A stretch of 64,000 bases of DNA, taken from contig CAJUFK010000004.1 of assembly GCA_910585535.1 (NCBI GenBank), forward strand, positions 3,841 through 67,840, in the 5' to 3' direction. How positions within the stretch are numbered: position 1 is the stretch's first letter; each line of letters opens with the position of its first letter. This stretch comes from an uncultured Angelakisella sp. Lineage in GTDB: Bacteria; Bacillota; Clostridia; Oscillospirales; Ruminococcaceae. The notes below the pieces were generated by a model. It saw only the letters and a list, made by a program, of their open reading frames with translations. It was not told where the DNA came from and searched no databases. A program made the translations under genes and the position numbers. Below, piece after piece: positions 8,804 to 19,101 of the stretch.

Positions 8804-10246
8804 TTGCAGCAGGAGCAAAAAATCTTACGCCGGATGGCAGTTTTCCTGTTTGTGGGATATTTGACAGCGGTGGTGCTTTTCTATTTTCTGGCCGGAGAAC
8901 AGCTGCATCTTCGGGAGTCCCGGGGAAATATCAGCCTTCTTCCTGCAGAAAGCGGCACCATTGAGCTGACTGCCGGCAGTGTGGTAGAACAGCAGTTTAT
9001 CACAACAGTCCAGCGGCTGGAGCAGGTCAGCGTCCAATGGGGAACCTATTACCGGCAGAATGCCGGAACGGTCGTAATGGAGCTTTGGGATCTGCAAAGC
9101 AACCATCTGCTCCTTTCCCAGACCTTTGATGCAGCTTCGATAGCAGAGGGTGGGCTCACCACTCTGGCGGCAGAGAAACCTATGGAAGGGTTGTATCACC
9201 TTCCCCTGGCCCTGCGGATTACTTCGCCGGACAGTCAGCCGGGAAGTGCCCTTTCCCCCCTGATGAATCTTCAGGGAAAGCTGGAAGAGGCGGGGGGGCT
9301 GTTCTTCAATGGAAGCCAAACTGAGGGAACCCTTTGCTTTTCGGTTCGGGGCACAGATTACATCTGGACTGGCCTTCACTATTGGGAGTTTGCCGTTTCC
9401 GGACTGGGGCTTTTGCTGCTGTTTTTGGCCGTCATTTGGTATCGTGTCCAAAAGGGAGAACGCAGTTATGTGATAAATGCAATCATCGCGGTTCAGAAAT
9501 ATCGCTTTCTCATCCGGCAGCTGGTATCCCGGGATTTCAAAACAAAATATAAGCGCTCTATCTTGGGGATGTTTTGGAGCTTTCTTAATCCTCTGCTGAC
9601 CATGTGTGTCCAATACTTTGTATTTTCCACGATTTTCAAAAGTGATATTCCCAATTACGCCGTGTATCTTTTAATCGGAATTGTCGCATTTAATTTCTTC
9701 TCAGAAGCCTGCGGAATGGCACTGAGTTCGATTGTAGGAAATGCCCCGTTGATTACCAAGGTTTATATGCCAAAGTATATCTATCCTTTGACCCGGGTGA
9801 TATCTTCGGTCATCAATCTTAGTATCTCTTTGATTCCCCTGCTCATTGTTTCCGCATTGACAGGTGTTTCATTCAACAAATCGATTATTTTAAGCCTTTA
9901 TTTTCTATGCTGCGTTATTATTTTCAGCTTAGGTTTGGGACTTCTGTTATCCACTTCTATGGTGTTTTTCCGGGATACACAGTTTCTGTGGGGAGTTCTC
10001 AGCATGATTTGGATGTATGCAACCCCCATCTTCTATCCGGAAAGCATTTTGCCGGATAATTTCAAATTCATTTTGAAGGTCAATCCTCTTTATCATTTTC
10101 TGAAAAATATCCGTATCTGTATTTTGGATGGCATTTCTCCGGAGCCTGTGGTCTATGTCCAATGTCTCTTAATGGCTCTGCTTGCTCTAATAGTCGGATC
10201 GTTGGTTTTCCGAAAGAATCAGGATCGTTTCGTCCTGTATCTGTAA
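8804..10246 (+). CDS. ABC-2 polysaccharide export permease (Wzm/TagG) with extra N-terminal extracytoplasmic domain
   Basis: C-terminal LVSRDFKTKYKRSILGMFWSFLNPLL, FFRD, TPIFYP motifs; ~230 aa N-terminal extension. Confidence 0.88.
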   Translation: MQQEQKILRRMAVFLFVGYLTAVVLFYFLAGEQLHLRESRGNISLLPAESGTIELTAGSVVEQQFITTVQRLEQVSVQWGTYYRQNAGTVVMELWDLQSNHLLLSQTFDAASIAEGGLTTLAAEKPMEGLYHLPLALRITSPDSQPGSALSPLMNLQGKLEEAGGLFFNGSQTEGTLCFSVRGTDYIWTGLHYWEFAVSGLGLLLLFLAVIWYRVQKGERSYVINAIIAVQKYRFLIRQLVSRDFKTKYKRSILGMFWSFLNPLLTMCVQYFVFSTIFKSDIPNYAVYLLIGIVAFNFFSEACGMALSSIVGNAPLITKVYMPKYIYPLTRVISSVINLSISLIPLLIVSALTGVSFNKSIILSLYFLCCVIIFSLGLGLLLSTSMVFFRDTQFLWGVLSMIWMYATPIFYPESILPDNFKFILKVNPLYHFLKNIRICILDGISPEPVVYVQCLLMALLALIVGSLVFRKNQDRFVLYL

Positions 10247-10255
10247 GGGGTGCTT

Positions 10256-10984
10256 ATGAGCAAAACAATGATTGAGGTCAGTGATGTGACCATGCGCTTC
10301 CGGATGAATGCGGACAGGATGATGTCGCTGAAGGAATTTGTGACTACGGCCCTTCAAGGAAAGCTGGAGTATCAAGACTTTACCGCCCTGGATCATGTGT
10401 CCTTTGAGGTGAAAAAGGGGGAAACCCTTGGCCTGATCGGGCGGAATGGAGCAGGAAAAAGCACCATCCTGAAGGTCATATCCGGGATATTAAAGCCTAC
10501 CTCCGGAAGAGTGGTCTGCCACGGAAATGTTGTCCCTATGCTGGAGCTTGGCTCCGGTTTTGATATGGATCTGACCGGTCGGGAAAACATCTTTCTGAAT
10601 GGGGCGATTCTGGGTTACAGCGAAGAATTTCTGCGGGGAAAGTACGATGAGATTGTAGACTTCTCTGAGTTGGGAGGGTTTATCGATGCCCCCATCCGGA
10701 ACTACTCCTCCGGGATGCTGGCGCGGTTGGCTTTTTCGGTGGCTACGGTGGTAAAGCCGGAAATCCTCATTGTGGACGAAATTCTCTCCGTGGGGGATGC
10801 CGCCTTCCAGGAGAAAAGCCGAAAGCGGATGGTGGAACTGATGGGCGGCGGAACCACGGTGCTGTTCGTCTCTCATAATATTCAGCAGATCCGCGGGATG
10901 TGCCAAAAGGCCCTTTGGCTTGAGCACGGAAGGATGAAGATGCTGGGTAGTGCCAATGAGGTTTGTGATGCGTATGGCGGATGA
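10256..10984 (+). CDS. ABC polysaccharide export ATPase (Wzt/TagH)
   Basis: GRNGAGKST, YSSGM, IVDE motifs; no C-terminal carbohydrate-binding domain. Confidence 0.93.
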   Translation: MSKTMIEVSDVTMRFRMNADRMMSLKEFVTTALQGKLEYQDFTALDHVSFEVKKGETLGLIGRNGAGKSTILKVISGILKPTSGRVVCHGNVVPMLELGSGFDMDLTGRENIFLNGAILGYSEEFLRGKYDEIVDFSELGGFIDAPIRNYSSGMLARLAFSVATVVKPEILIVDEILSVGDAAFQEKSRKRMVELMGGGTTVLFVSHNIQQIRGMCQKALWLEHGRMKMLGSANEVCDAYGG

Positions 10985-11795
10985 AACTATAAGGATCTAT
11001 GTTATTACCCACAAGGAGTTTTCCCTGCCTGCCACAGAAATTTTGACGCCAATTCGCAGCGACAGAAGGACAGGAGACCACATTGCGACAGAAGAAGCCT
11101 ATTGTGAATTGCGGGCGCAATATTGGATCTGGAAGAACCAGGAAGCAATGGATTATGTGGGTTTTTTCCACTTCCGCAGATATCTGGATCTGAGGAAGCG
11201 AGCGGTGCGGCATATACCCTACCACATCACCTGGAGACCGGATCCTTCGCTTTACACAATAGGCCGGTTAAGAGAGTCCCTTGCCGGGTATGATCTTATT
11301 GCTCCGCTTCCGGAACCTATCGGAGAAACGGTCTGGATACGCTACGGAGAAAGCTCCGGACATCGAAGAAAGGATCTGGAGACAGTATTCCGGATTATCG
11401 TCGAAAACTACCCAGAATACCGCTCCGCAGCAGAAAGTTATTTGAATGGAACAGAGGAGTATTACGGCAACATTTACATTATGAAATGGCAACTGTTCCA
11501 GCCTTATTGTCAATGGCTGTTTGATATTTTAAGGGAATTTGACCGACGAACCCCCGACAGACTGGGAAACACCGACGGATATTTGGGAGAGCGCCTGTTT
11601 GGAATATGGTTTTCTTATCAGAAAAACCATGGGGATATAAAGTGGACGGAAGTGCCAAGAATTCATTTTTGTTGTTACGATGACAAAAAGCATCCCTTTC
11701 TGGCCCTGTGGTTTTTTAATCTTTTTTTTCCGCCGGGAAGTAAAAGACGGCATCGGATCAGAGGTTTTCTGAAAAAGCGAAAAAACGAAAGGTAG
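10974..11795 (+). CDS. DUF4422-family glycosyltransferase (galactofuranosyltransferase-like)
   Basis: IYVITHK, YCELRAQYWIWKN, VGFFHFRRY, GYLGERLF motifs. Confidence 0.85.
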   Translation: MADETIRIYVITHKEFSLPATEILTPIRSDRRTGDHIATEEAYCELRAQYWIWKNQEAMDYVGFFHFRRYLDLRKRAVRHIPYHITWRPDPSLYTIGRLRESLAGYDLIAPLPEPIGETVWIRYGESSGHRRKDLETVFRIIVENYPEYRSAAESYLNGTEEYYGNIYIMKWQLFQPYCQWLFDILREFDRRTPDRLGNTDGYLGERLFGIWFSYQKNHGDIKWTEVPRIHFCCYDDKKHPFLALWFFNLFFPPGSKRRHRIRGFLKKRKNER

Positions 11796-11800
11796 GATAT

Positions 11801-12838
11801 ATGGAGCCTGTTTTGACCATCGCAGTTCCCACCTATAACATGGAATGGTGTCTGCAGAAAAATCTGTGTACCTATTGCAGCGATATACTGGAGAACCGGC
11901 TGGAAGTTCTCATTCTCAATAATCACTCTACTGATTCCTCCGGAAAAATCGCCAAAACCTTCTGCCAGAAATGGCCAGGTATCTTTCGCCTTTTAGATCG
12001 GAATACTCGCGGTTATGGTTCGTCTATTAACGAGGCGCTTCAGGCTGCAAAAGGAAAATACTTCCGCATTGTGGATGCAGATGACTGGGTAAATACCAGC
12101 GAACTGGAAAAGCTGGTAGAACGGTTGGAGAATTGCCATATCGATATCATCCAAACCGATTATGCGATTGAGGATATGATGACTCATCGGGGAACAACCA
12201 TAACGGCAAAGGAACGGGGCTGCCAGTATGAAGTGGTTTATAACGATTTCCAAGCAGCGATTCGGCTGCTGCCAACCTTGTATTCCACTACCTATCAGAC
12301 AGAGTTATTAAGGAGTACAGGATTTTATATGCAGGATGAGACCTTTTTTGTAGATGAGGAATACATTGTGCTGCCTTTTTTCCAGGCAAAGGAAATGATT
12401 TGCTTTCCTTTTGTGGTCTACCATTACCAAGTGGCAAATCCGGAGCAAAGCACTTCCCCCAAAAACCGTGGGAAATATGCCAGTCATCGGGAGCGTGTTT
12501 TGAAACGACTGATTGAGGAGTACCAAAAAGCCATTTCACAACAGAAGATTATACGGCCTTTTGTGCAGGAATACTGCCTGGAACGCATCCGCCGCGGTGT
12601 GGCGGATCATTTCACCACACTGTATATCTATGTTGAGGATCGCAAAGCCGGAAGAGCTGCAGCCAAGCGTTGGATGAAAGATATCCGTTCCATGGGGTTC
12701 GACCTCCAGTGTCACAGGAAGCGGATGATTTTATTATTATGTAATCTGCTGAAGATAAATCCTGAAGATTATGTAAAGCTGAAAAACCTGAGCACAAAAA
12801 GGCTCCTGAGCTATAAATCAATTTTTAGTAGAGGGTAG
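11801..12838 (+). CDS. GT2 glycosyltransferase
   Basis: LTIAVPTYN, STD, VDADD motifs. Confidence 0.9.
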   Translation: MEPVLTIAVPTYNMEWCLQKNLCTYCSDILENRLEVLILNNHSTDSSGKIAKTFCQKWPGIFRLLDRNTRGYGSSINEALQAAKGKYFRIVDADDWVNTSELEKLVERLENCHIDIIQTDYAIEDMMTHRGTTITAKERGCQYEVVYNDFQAAIRLLPTLYSTTYQTELLRSTGFYMQDETFFVDEEYIVLPFFQAKEMICFPFVVYHYQVANPEQSTSPKNRGKYASHRERVLKRLIEEYQKAISQQKIIRPFVQEYCLERIRRGVADHFTTLYIYVEDRKAGRAAAKRWMKDIRSMGFDLQCHRKRMILLLCNLLKINPEDYVKLKNLSTKRLLSYKSIFSRG

Positions 12839-12848
12839 GGAAGTGTAA

Positions 12849-14645
12849 TTGGAGCTGCAAAAAATATTGTTTCCGAAGCCGGAAATTTGTATGGCGGAAC
12901 AACTATATTACCGGCCGAACGAACGATGCCGTCTGGATGCCCAAAATTCTATCTTGGTGTTTGAAAAGGACGGCTATGCGGAATTTAACACCTATTTTAA
13001 CGGGTTTTCCATGGGGAAATGGAAAAAATATACTATTCTTGAGACGCTGAAGCTGGAAATTGAGATATCCGGCGTTTTTGTTGTTTCACTGGTCAATTAT
13101 GAGCTGATCAACGGGGCTGTGGTAGCAAAGGTTGTTGATGAACAGATCATTTCCGCTGCGGACAGGAAACGGTTTACCTTCTCCTATGAGGGATTCCATC
13201 AGAAGGGAATACATGGCTTTATCCTCTGCGCAAATACCTCCCAGGCTATGTTTTTCGGCGGCAGATATTTTACCGATGAGGTTAGCCCGGAACAGCTGCC
13301 GGAGGTTAAGCTGGCGCTGAACATGTGTACCTTCCGGAGAGAAAAATATATCTATCAAAATGTGGCGCGGCTGATGTCTCACTCCTTAGAAAATCCCAAA
13401 AGCCCCCTATATCAAAAGCTGTTCCTTTATATTACCGATAACGCCATGACCCTGGATGAGACCCGCCTGGAAAGCCCCTATATCCATGTGACAAAGCAGA
13501 ATGCCTTTGGCAGTGTGGGTGGGTTTACCCGGGGGCTGATCAATATCCTGGATGACCGGGAAGAGCTGGGCCTGACCCACGCGCTGATGCTGGACGATGA
13601 TATTGTACTGGATCCGGAGATTCTGTGCCGGGTTTATGTTTTGTTCCGGATGATGAAGGAGGAGTACCGGGAAGCCTGGCTGGGCGGCGGAATGCTGGGA
13701 CTGGACTTCCCCACTTTGCAGACCGAGAGTGGCGGAGTGATTGAGAATGGGGAATATAAGTCACTGAAAGCATATATGGATATCGGAGCCATTTTTAACC
13801 TTCTCTATAACGAAATAGAAGAAGGAGCGAAAATAAATGCGTGGTGGTTCTGTGGAATACCATTGACTTCCATTGCGGAAGACAAACTACCATACCCTGT
13901 GTATTTCCATTGTGATGATATGGAATACGCAAACCGGTGCTGTCAAAAGCTGATTTTGGTGAATGGTATTTGCGTTTGGCATGAGGAGTTTTTTTATAAA
14001 CCCAATACCTACTATTATGACAGACGAAATTGGGAAATTTTATATGTGCTTCATTTTCCGGCCGAGGCAACGAAAAAACAAGCAAAGAAAAGGCTGGTGA
14101 AAAATGTTGTCAACGAAATTCTCTGGTATCGATATCGGGATGCTGTGGAAATTATCGATGGTGTATTGGATTTTTTGAAAGGGCCAAATTGGTTGGTTGC
14201 TTTTGATGACAGGGAGAAGTTTGAACAGGTGAGGAAAAATCGTGTTCCTAATGTACCTGTCACCGAGCTTCCAATTCAGTTTGATTATAATCAATATTTG
14301 GCAAGTCTTTCTTACCCTGGAGAGAGGAGACGAAACAGGCTGTTTCGGAAATTGACACTGAATGGCTGGCTTTTACCTGCAAAACGAGATGCGATTGTGC
14401 GTGCGGAAACTCCTTTAACCTATCATTTTTATCGGGCAAAGCGAGTTTTGAATTATTCTGCAAAAACCCATAGCGGGTATATCTCATGCAAAAGCTATTA
14501 TAATGCTATTTGCGTTCTCTGGCAGTTACTCAAAACATTATGGAAAATTGACCTTCAATATAATATTGTAAAACAGGCTTATCAAAGTTCACTGCCGCAA
14601 TTAACAAATAAGGCGTTTTGGAAAAATGTCTATGGAGAAAAGTGA
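12849..14645 (+). CDS. GlfT2-like GT2 galactofuranosyltransferase (copy 1)
   Basis: FNTYFNGFS N-terminal domain, GGFTRG, LDDD, AWWFC, HCDDMEY, VWHE motifs. Confidence 0.8.
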   Translation: MELQKILFPKPEICMAEQLYYRPNERCRLDAQNSILVFEKDGYAEFNTYFNGFSMGKWKKYTILETLKLEIEISGVFVVSLVNYELINGAVVAKVVDEQIISAADRKRFTFSYEGFHQKGIHGFILCANTSQAMFFGGRYFTDEVSPEQLPEVKLALNMCTFRREKYIYQNVARLMSHSLENPKSPLYQKLFLYITDNAMTLDETRLESPYIHVTKQNAFGSVGGFTRGLINILDDREELGLTHALMLDDDIVLDPEILCRVYVLFRMMKEEYREAWLGGGMLGLDFPTLQTESGGVIENGEYKSLKAYMDIGAIFNLLYNEIEEGAKINAWWFCGIPLTSIAEDKLPYPVYFHCDDMEYANRCCQKLILVNGICVWHEEFFYKPNTYYYDRRNWEILYVLHFPAEATKKQAKKRLVKNVVNEILWYRYRDAVEIIDGVLDFLKGPNWLVAFDDREKFEQVRKNRVPNVPVTELPIQFDYNQYLASLSYPGERRRNRLFRKLTLNGWLLPAKRDAIVRAETPLTYHFYRAKRVLNYSAKTHSGYISCKSYYNAICVLWQLLKTLWKIDLQYNIVKQAYQSSLPQLTNKAFWKNVYGEK

Positions 14646-14656
14646 GGGATACACAT

Positions 14657-16513
14657 ATGACGAAGCTGCAAAGCATTTTATTTCCGAAACCCGGCATTTG
14701 TTTTATACCGGAAATGTTTTATCGTTTGGTTGTAATCCCGGGAAAAGAATACAACCCCTATCACTTTGATGCGCAGGAACAAAGACTCACGATTGATAAT
14801 GGCGGGGTTGTCTTTTTTGATACATATTTCAATGGCCTTTCTGTCGGAAAATGGATGAAATATACCACTGTCACTAAATTTGCTCTTGCACTGGAATTTA
14901 AGGGAACTTTTTCTGTTTCCCTGCTGCACTCTAAGTATGTCAACGGGACAGTAGTGCAAAAGGTATTAGCAACAGAGATTATTTTTGCGTCCGAGCAAAG
15001 ACAAATGGTTTTTTCATTCCCAGAGTGTGAACCCCTTGGAGCGATTTCCTTTTCTGTGAATTCATTTGAGGATGGCAGCGTCCTCTATGGAGGGGAGTAT
15101 ATCGCTGAAGTTTCAGAGAAACCGCGGGAAATCAATTTGGCCTTAAACATTTGCAATTATAAAAGGGAAGAATATATTTACCGGAATATGGAAATCATTC
15201 AAAAATATATATTGAGCAATTCCGAAAATGAACTGTGCCGCCATCTCTCTGTTTTTGTGGCGGATAACAGCCAATCGGTAGATAGATTACGGCTTCCCCC
15301 AAATTGTTCCTATGTTTATCCCCAAGGGGATTTTGGAGGCGCCGGGGGTTTTGCGCGAGGTTTAATGGAAATCTTGCGTAAAAAGGAAGAGCTTGGACTT
15401 ACCCATGCTGTTATGATAGACGATGATATCTTATTGGAACCGGATAGCTTGGAACGGTTATACTCTTTTTTACGCTTTATAAAGCCTGCCTATCAAACCG
15501 CTTTTGTAGGAGGTTCTCTCCTGCGCATGGATTTTCAACATGTTCAGACTTGCAATGGAGGAGAATGGACAACAGAGAAGTCATATAGGTTCCATAAGGT
15601 TAATTTTGACTTGAAAAATCTGGTGGATGTGCTGAAAAATGAGATAGAAGACGGAGCCTCTATCAATGCCTGGTGGTTTCATTGTATTCCACTCTCTGAA
15701 ATATCGCCGGAAAATCTGCCATATCCATTTTTCTTTCATATGGATGATGTGGAGTATGACCTGCGGAATTGTAAACAGGTTATTCATATGAATGGTATCT
15801 GCGTCTGGCATGAACCATTTGAGTACAAACCAGGGTCGCACCTTTCTTATTATAACACAAGGAATATTTTTATAACTCACATGCTCCATTTCCCGGAATG
15901 GAACCGCCGCGAGGCAGGGCGTTTTTTGTGGAAGGAGTTTTTCCCTTCTCTGTTATTATACCGTTACCGAGAAGCCGAGTTTGTTTTGATAGGGGCAGCG
16001 GATTCCATGAAAGGGCCGGATTGGTTGACTGCACAAGAACCAGAGCTGCTTTTGGAAGACATCCTTTCTCAAGGCTATAAAAAACAGCCCTTAGATGTAC
16101 TTCCAATACGGTTAGACTATGGCCAGTATCTTTCTGCTTTTCAAAGCGGGGCGCCGGAAAACAGGTGGAAACGATTACGGCGGCGGTTGAGCATGAACGG
16201 GTATTTTTTTAAGTCAAAAGGCGAAGCAATTATTCCAATGTATAAACCCGCCATCCGTACCGTCTACCGGGCCAAGCGTGTCTTAAACTACGACCCCGTT
16301 ACCGAGCGGGGCTTTATCACCCAAAAAAGCTATAAAGAGGCATTTCGGCTCCTGTGGCGGTATCTCAAGGTGCGGCGGCTGATAAACCAACGGTTCAAAA
16401 AGACCCGGGAAGAGTATCTGGCCAAATTCCCGGAGATGACGACAAGCGCTTTCTGGTATTCCTATCTGGGCGTGGCCCCCAGAGATGAGGTTGGGAGCGG
16501 GGCGCAGTCATGA
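14657..16513 (+). CDS. GlfT2-like GT2 galactofuranosyltransferase (copy 2)
   Basis: FDTYFNG, GGAGGFARG, IDDD, AWWFHC, MDDVEY, VWHEPF motifs. Confidence 0.8.
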   Translation: MTKLQSILFPKPGICFIPEMFYRLVVIPGKEYNPYHFDAQEQRLTIDNGGVVFFDTYFNGLSVGKWMKYTTVTKFALALEFKGTFSVSLLHSKYVNGTVVQKVLATEIIFASEQRQMVFSFPECEPLGAISFSVNSFEDGSVLYGGEYIAEVSEKPREINLALNICNYKREEYIYRNMEIIQKYILSNSENELCRHLSVFVADNSQSVDRLRLPPNCSYVYPQGDFGGAGGFARGLMEILRKKEELGLTHAVMIDDDILLEPDSLERLYSFLRFIKPAYQTAFVGGSLLRMDFQHVQTCNGGEWTTEKSYRFHKVNFDLKNLVDVLKNEIEDGASINAWWFHCIPLSEISPENLPYPFFFHMDDVEYDLRNCKQVIHMNGICVWHEPFEYKPGSHLSYYNTRNIFITHMLHFPEWNRREAGRFLWKEFFPSLLLYRYREAEFVLIGAADSMKGPDWLTAQEPELLLEDILSQGYKKQPLDVLPIRLDYGQYLSAFQSGAPENRWKRLRRRLSMNGYFFKSKGEAIIPMYKPAIRTVYRAKRVLNYDPVTERGFITQKSYKEAFRLLWRYLKVRRLINQRFKKTREEYLAKFPEMTTSAFWYSYLGVAPRDEVGSGAQS

Positions 16514-18306
16514 AAAAGGATTTTATTGAAATTCAGCCGATCCTGTGGCCAAGGGCCGGAATTTGTACCGAGGAATCCCTGTACTTTCGCCGGGATGCCG
16601 CAAAAACAGCCTACATCCCAGGACAGGATGCGCTGGTGTTCCAAGAAAACGGAACCGCCAGCTTTGATACCTACTTCAATGGATTCTCCTATGCCAAATG
16701 GAAAAAATACACCGCCCTTCCTGCCTTGGCTCTGCGGCTGCAAACCCGTGGAGAGTTTCAGGTAACCCTTTTCGGCTGCCAATACCGCAACGGTGCGGTG
16801 GTCTCCCGTGTTTTGACAACCCTCCGGCTTCCGCCGGAGGCGGGGGAATCTATCCTGGAGTTCCGCCCGGATCAGGATTACCTCCTGTGCGGCTTTACAT
16901 TGCAGGCCCTTTCCGACGATGTGATGTTTACCGGGGGCAGCTACGGCTGCCTGTGGGAGGAGGAAATCCTTCCCCCGGTGACCATTGCCCTGAATATCTG
17001 TACTTACCATCGGGAACGGTTCGTCCGCACCACCATCCACCGGCTGCGGCGGGAGGTTTGGGAAAAGGAGAATTCTCCCTTGGCAGGCCATCTTCTGGGC
17101 TATGTCACCGATAACGGACAGACCCTGACCCCGCAAGACCTGGGAGGGGCTCCAGTCCGTCTGCTGCGGCAGGACAGCAAAGGGAGCGCGGGCGGCTTTG
17201 CCAGGGGGCAGCTGGAAATTCTGGCGGACAAGGAAGCCTATGGGACAACCCACATGGTCTTTATGGACGATGATATCTCCTTCGATCCCCAAATCCTGCT
17301 GCGAACTTATTGGTTCCTGCGGTTTTTGCGGGAGGAGTACCGGGAATATTTTCTGGGCGGGGATCTGCTGCGCCTCCACGAACCTGGGAGCCAGGTGGAA
17401 AGCGGCGCCCAATGGGCGGCAGGAATGGTAATGCGTACCAAGCCGGATCTGGATCTGCGGCGGCTGGATCATCTGCTTTTCCACGAAATCGAGGAAAAGG
17501 TGGATTACCAGGGATGGTGGTACTGCTGTGTTCCCCTGTCAAAGGATATGCCTTTTCCTTTGCCGGTGTATTTTCATCGGGATGATGTGGATTTCGGTCT
17601 GCGGCATAAGGGATTTCTCTTTTTGAACGGTATTGGCGTCTGGCACGATGAGTTTGAGAACAAGCCATCCTCGGTGACGGAATACTTTGACTTCCGAAAC
17701 CGGCTGATCATAAACGCCCTTCACTGTCCGGGCTTCGGCGCAAAGGCAGCAGTTCTGGCCCTGGTCAAGGAGACTCTGAAACGGCTGCTGCGATACCGGT
17801 ATCGGGAGGCAAAGCTGATTTTGGAGGGCGCGGAGGACTACTGCAAGGGAGCGGAATGGATCCTCTCCCAGGACAGGGTGGAACAATATGAGCGGCTGGT
17901 ACAAAAAGGTTACCATCCCCAACCCCTTGCCGCCTGTGTGGAAGGGTTTGATTTGCGGGACTATGAGGGGAACTTGCGGCATCTCCCCCTCCTTCCGAAG
18001 CGGAAAAGACTGCTGCGGTGTCTGCTCGGTTTTTTGCTGCCCGCAAAATACACCCGCTCAGTCCCTATGTTTATGCCATCTATTGATTGTTTCTACCGGG
18101 CGAAACGGGTCATCAACTACAACTCTGCTGCCGAGCAGGCCTTTGTTACCGAAAAGAGCCTGTCTGTAACCTTATCCGTTACCGGAGAACTTCTTTCGGC
18201 TTGTATCCGCCTCTTGCGGCAGTATGACCCAGTGGCGGCGGAATGGCGGAGCCGCCAAAAGGAGCTTACCAGTTTGGAGTTTTGGGAAAAGCATTTCGAT
18301 ATATAG
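16510..18306 (+). CDS. GlfT2-like GT2 galactofuranosyltransferase (copy 3)
   Basis: FDTYFNGFS, GSAGGFARG, MDDD, GWWYCC, RDDVDF, VWHDEF motifs. Confidence 0.8.
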   Translation: MKKDFIEIQPILWPRAGICTEESLYFRRDAAKTAYIPGQDALVFQENGTASFDTYFNGFSYAKWKKYTALPALALRLQTRGEFQVTLFGCQYRNGAVVSRVLTTLRLPPEAGESILEFRPDQDYLLCGFTLQALSDDVMFTGGSYGCLWEEEILPPVTIALNICTYHRERFVRTTIHRLRREVWEKENSPLAGHLLGYVTDNGQTLTPQDLGGAPVRLLRQDSKGSAGGFARGQLEILADKEAYGTTHMVFMDDDISFDPQILLRTYWFLRFLREEYREYFLGGDLLRLHEPGSQVESGAQWAAGMVMRTKPDLDLRRLDHLLFHEIEEKVDYQGWWYCCVPLSKDMPFPLPVYFHRDDVDFGLRHKGFLFLNGIGVWHDEFENKPSSVTEYFDFRNRLIINALHCPGFGAKAAVLALVKETLKRLLRYRYREAKLILEGAEDYCKGAEWILSQDRVEQYERLVQKGYHPQPLAACVEGFDLRDYEGNLRHLPLLPKRKRLLRCLLGFLLPAKYTRSVPMFMPSIDCFYRAKRVINYNSAAEQAFVTEKSLSVTLSVTGELLSACIRLLRQYDPVAAEWRSRQKELTSLEFWEKHFDI

Positions 18307-18318
18307 GAGGTAAAAAAG

Positions 18319-19101
18319 ATGAAAGTGGTACTTCTGGCCGGAGGCTACGGCACAAGAATATCCGAAGAATCCCAGTTCAAACCCAAGCCCATGGTGGAGC
18401 TGGGGGGCAAGCCGATCCTCTGGCATATTATGAAGCTGTATTCTCATCACGGCTTCAATGAGTTTATTATCTGCGCAGGGTATAAGCAGCATGTCATCAA
18501 GGAGTATTTTGCGGATTACTTCCTGCACACCTCGGATATTACATACGACTTTACCGGCGGTAAAAACGAGATGATTGTCCACCGCAACGCCTCTGAACCC
18601 TGGAAGGTCACAGTGGTGGACACCGGCCTTGGAACGATGACCGGCGGCCGGGTGCGCCGGGTGAGGGACTACATTGGCGATGAAGCCTTTATGCTCACCT
18701 ATGGCGATGGTGTCTCGAACCTGGACATTACCAAGCTGCTGAACTTCCATCGCTCCCACGGCAAAATGGTTACGATGTCCGCCTACAACGCCGGTCAGCG
18801 ATTCGGCGTGTTGGACATCGCTGGGGACGGGCAAATCCGGGACTTTCGGGAGAAGACCCAAGGAGATGGCAATATGATCAACATCGGCTTTATGGTTTGC
18901 CAGCCGGAGTTTTTCGATTATATCGATGGGGATGACACCGTTCTGGAAAAGACTCCCCTGGAAACTGTGGCAAAGATGGGGCAGCTAATGGCCTACCGTC
19001 ACGAAGGATTTTGGCAGTGCATGGATACGGTGCGGGAAAAAGAACAGTTGGAGCGGCTTTGGGCTAAGGGACAGGCTCCCTGGAAAGTATGGGCCGATTG
19101 A
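18319..19101 (+). CDS. rfbF: Glucose-1-phosphate cytidylyltransferase
   Basis: LAGGYGTRISEES..KPKPMV, TGGRV, LTYGDG, GFWQCMDT. Confidence 0.95.
   Translation: MKVVLLAGGYGTRISEESQFKPKPMVELGGKPILWHIMKLYSHHGFNEFIICAGYKQHVIKEYFADYFLHTSDITYDFTGGKNEMIVHRNASEPWKVTVVDTGLGTMTGGRVRRVRDYIGDEAFMLTYGDGVSNLDITKLLNFHRSHGKMVTMSAYNAGQRFGVLDIAGDGQIRDFREKTQGDGNMINIGFMVCQPEFFDYIDGDDTVLEKTPLETVAKMGQLMAYRHEGFWQCMDTVREKEQLERLWAKGQAPWKVWAD

Noticed and set aside
11722..11729. T8 tract in the DUF4422 gene as a contingency locus
   Set aside because: Short, in frame and near the 3' end in an AT-rich Phe-coding stretch; no supporting evidence
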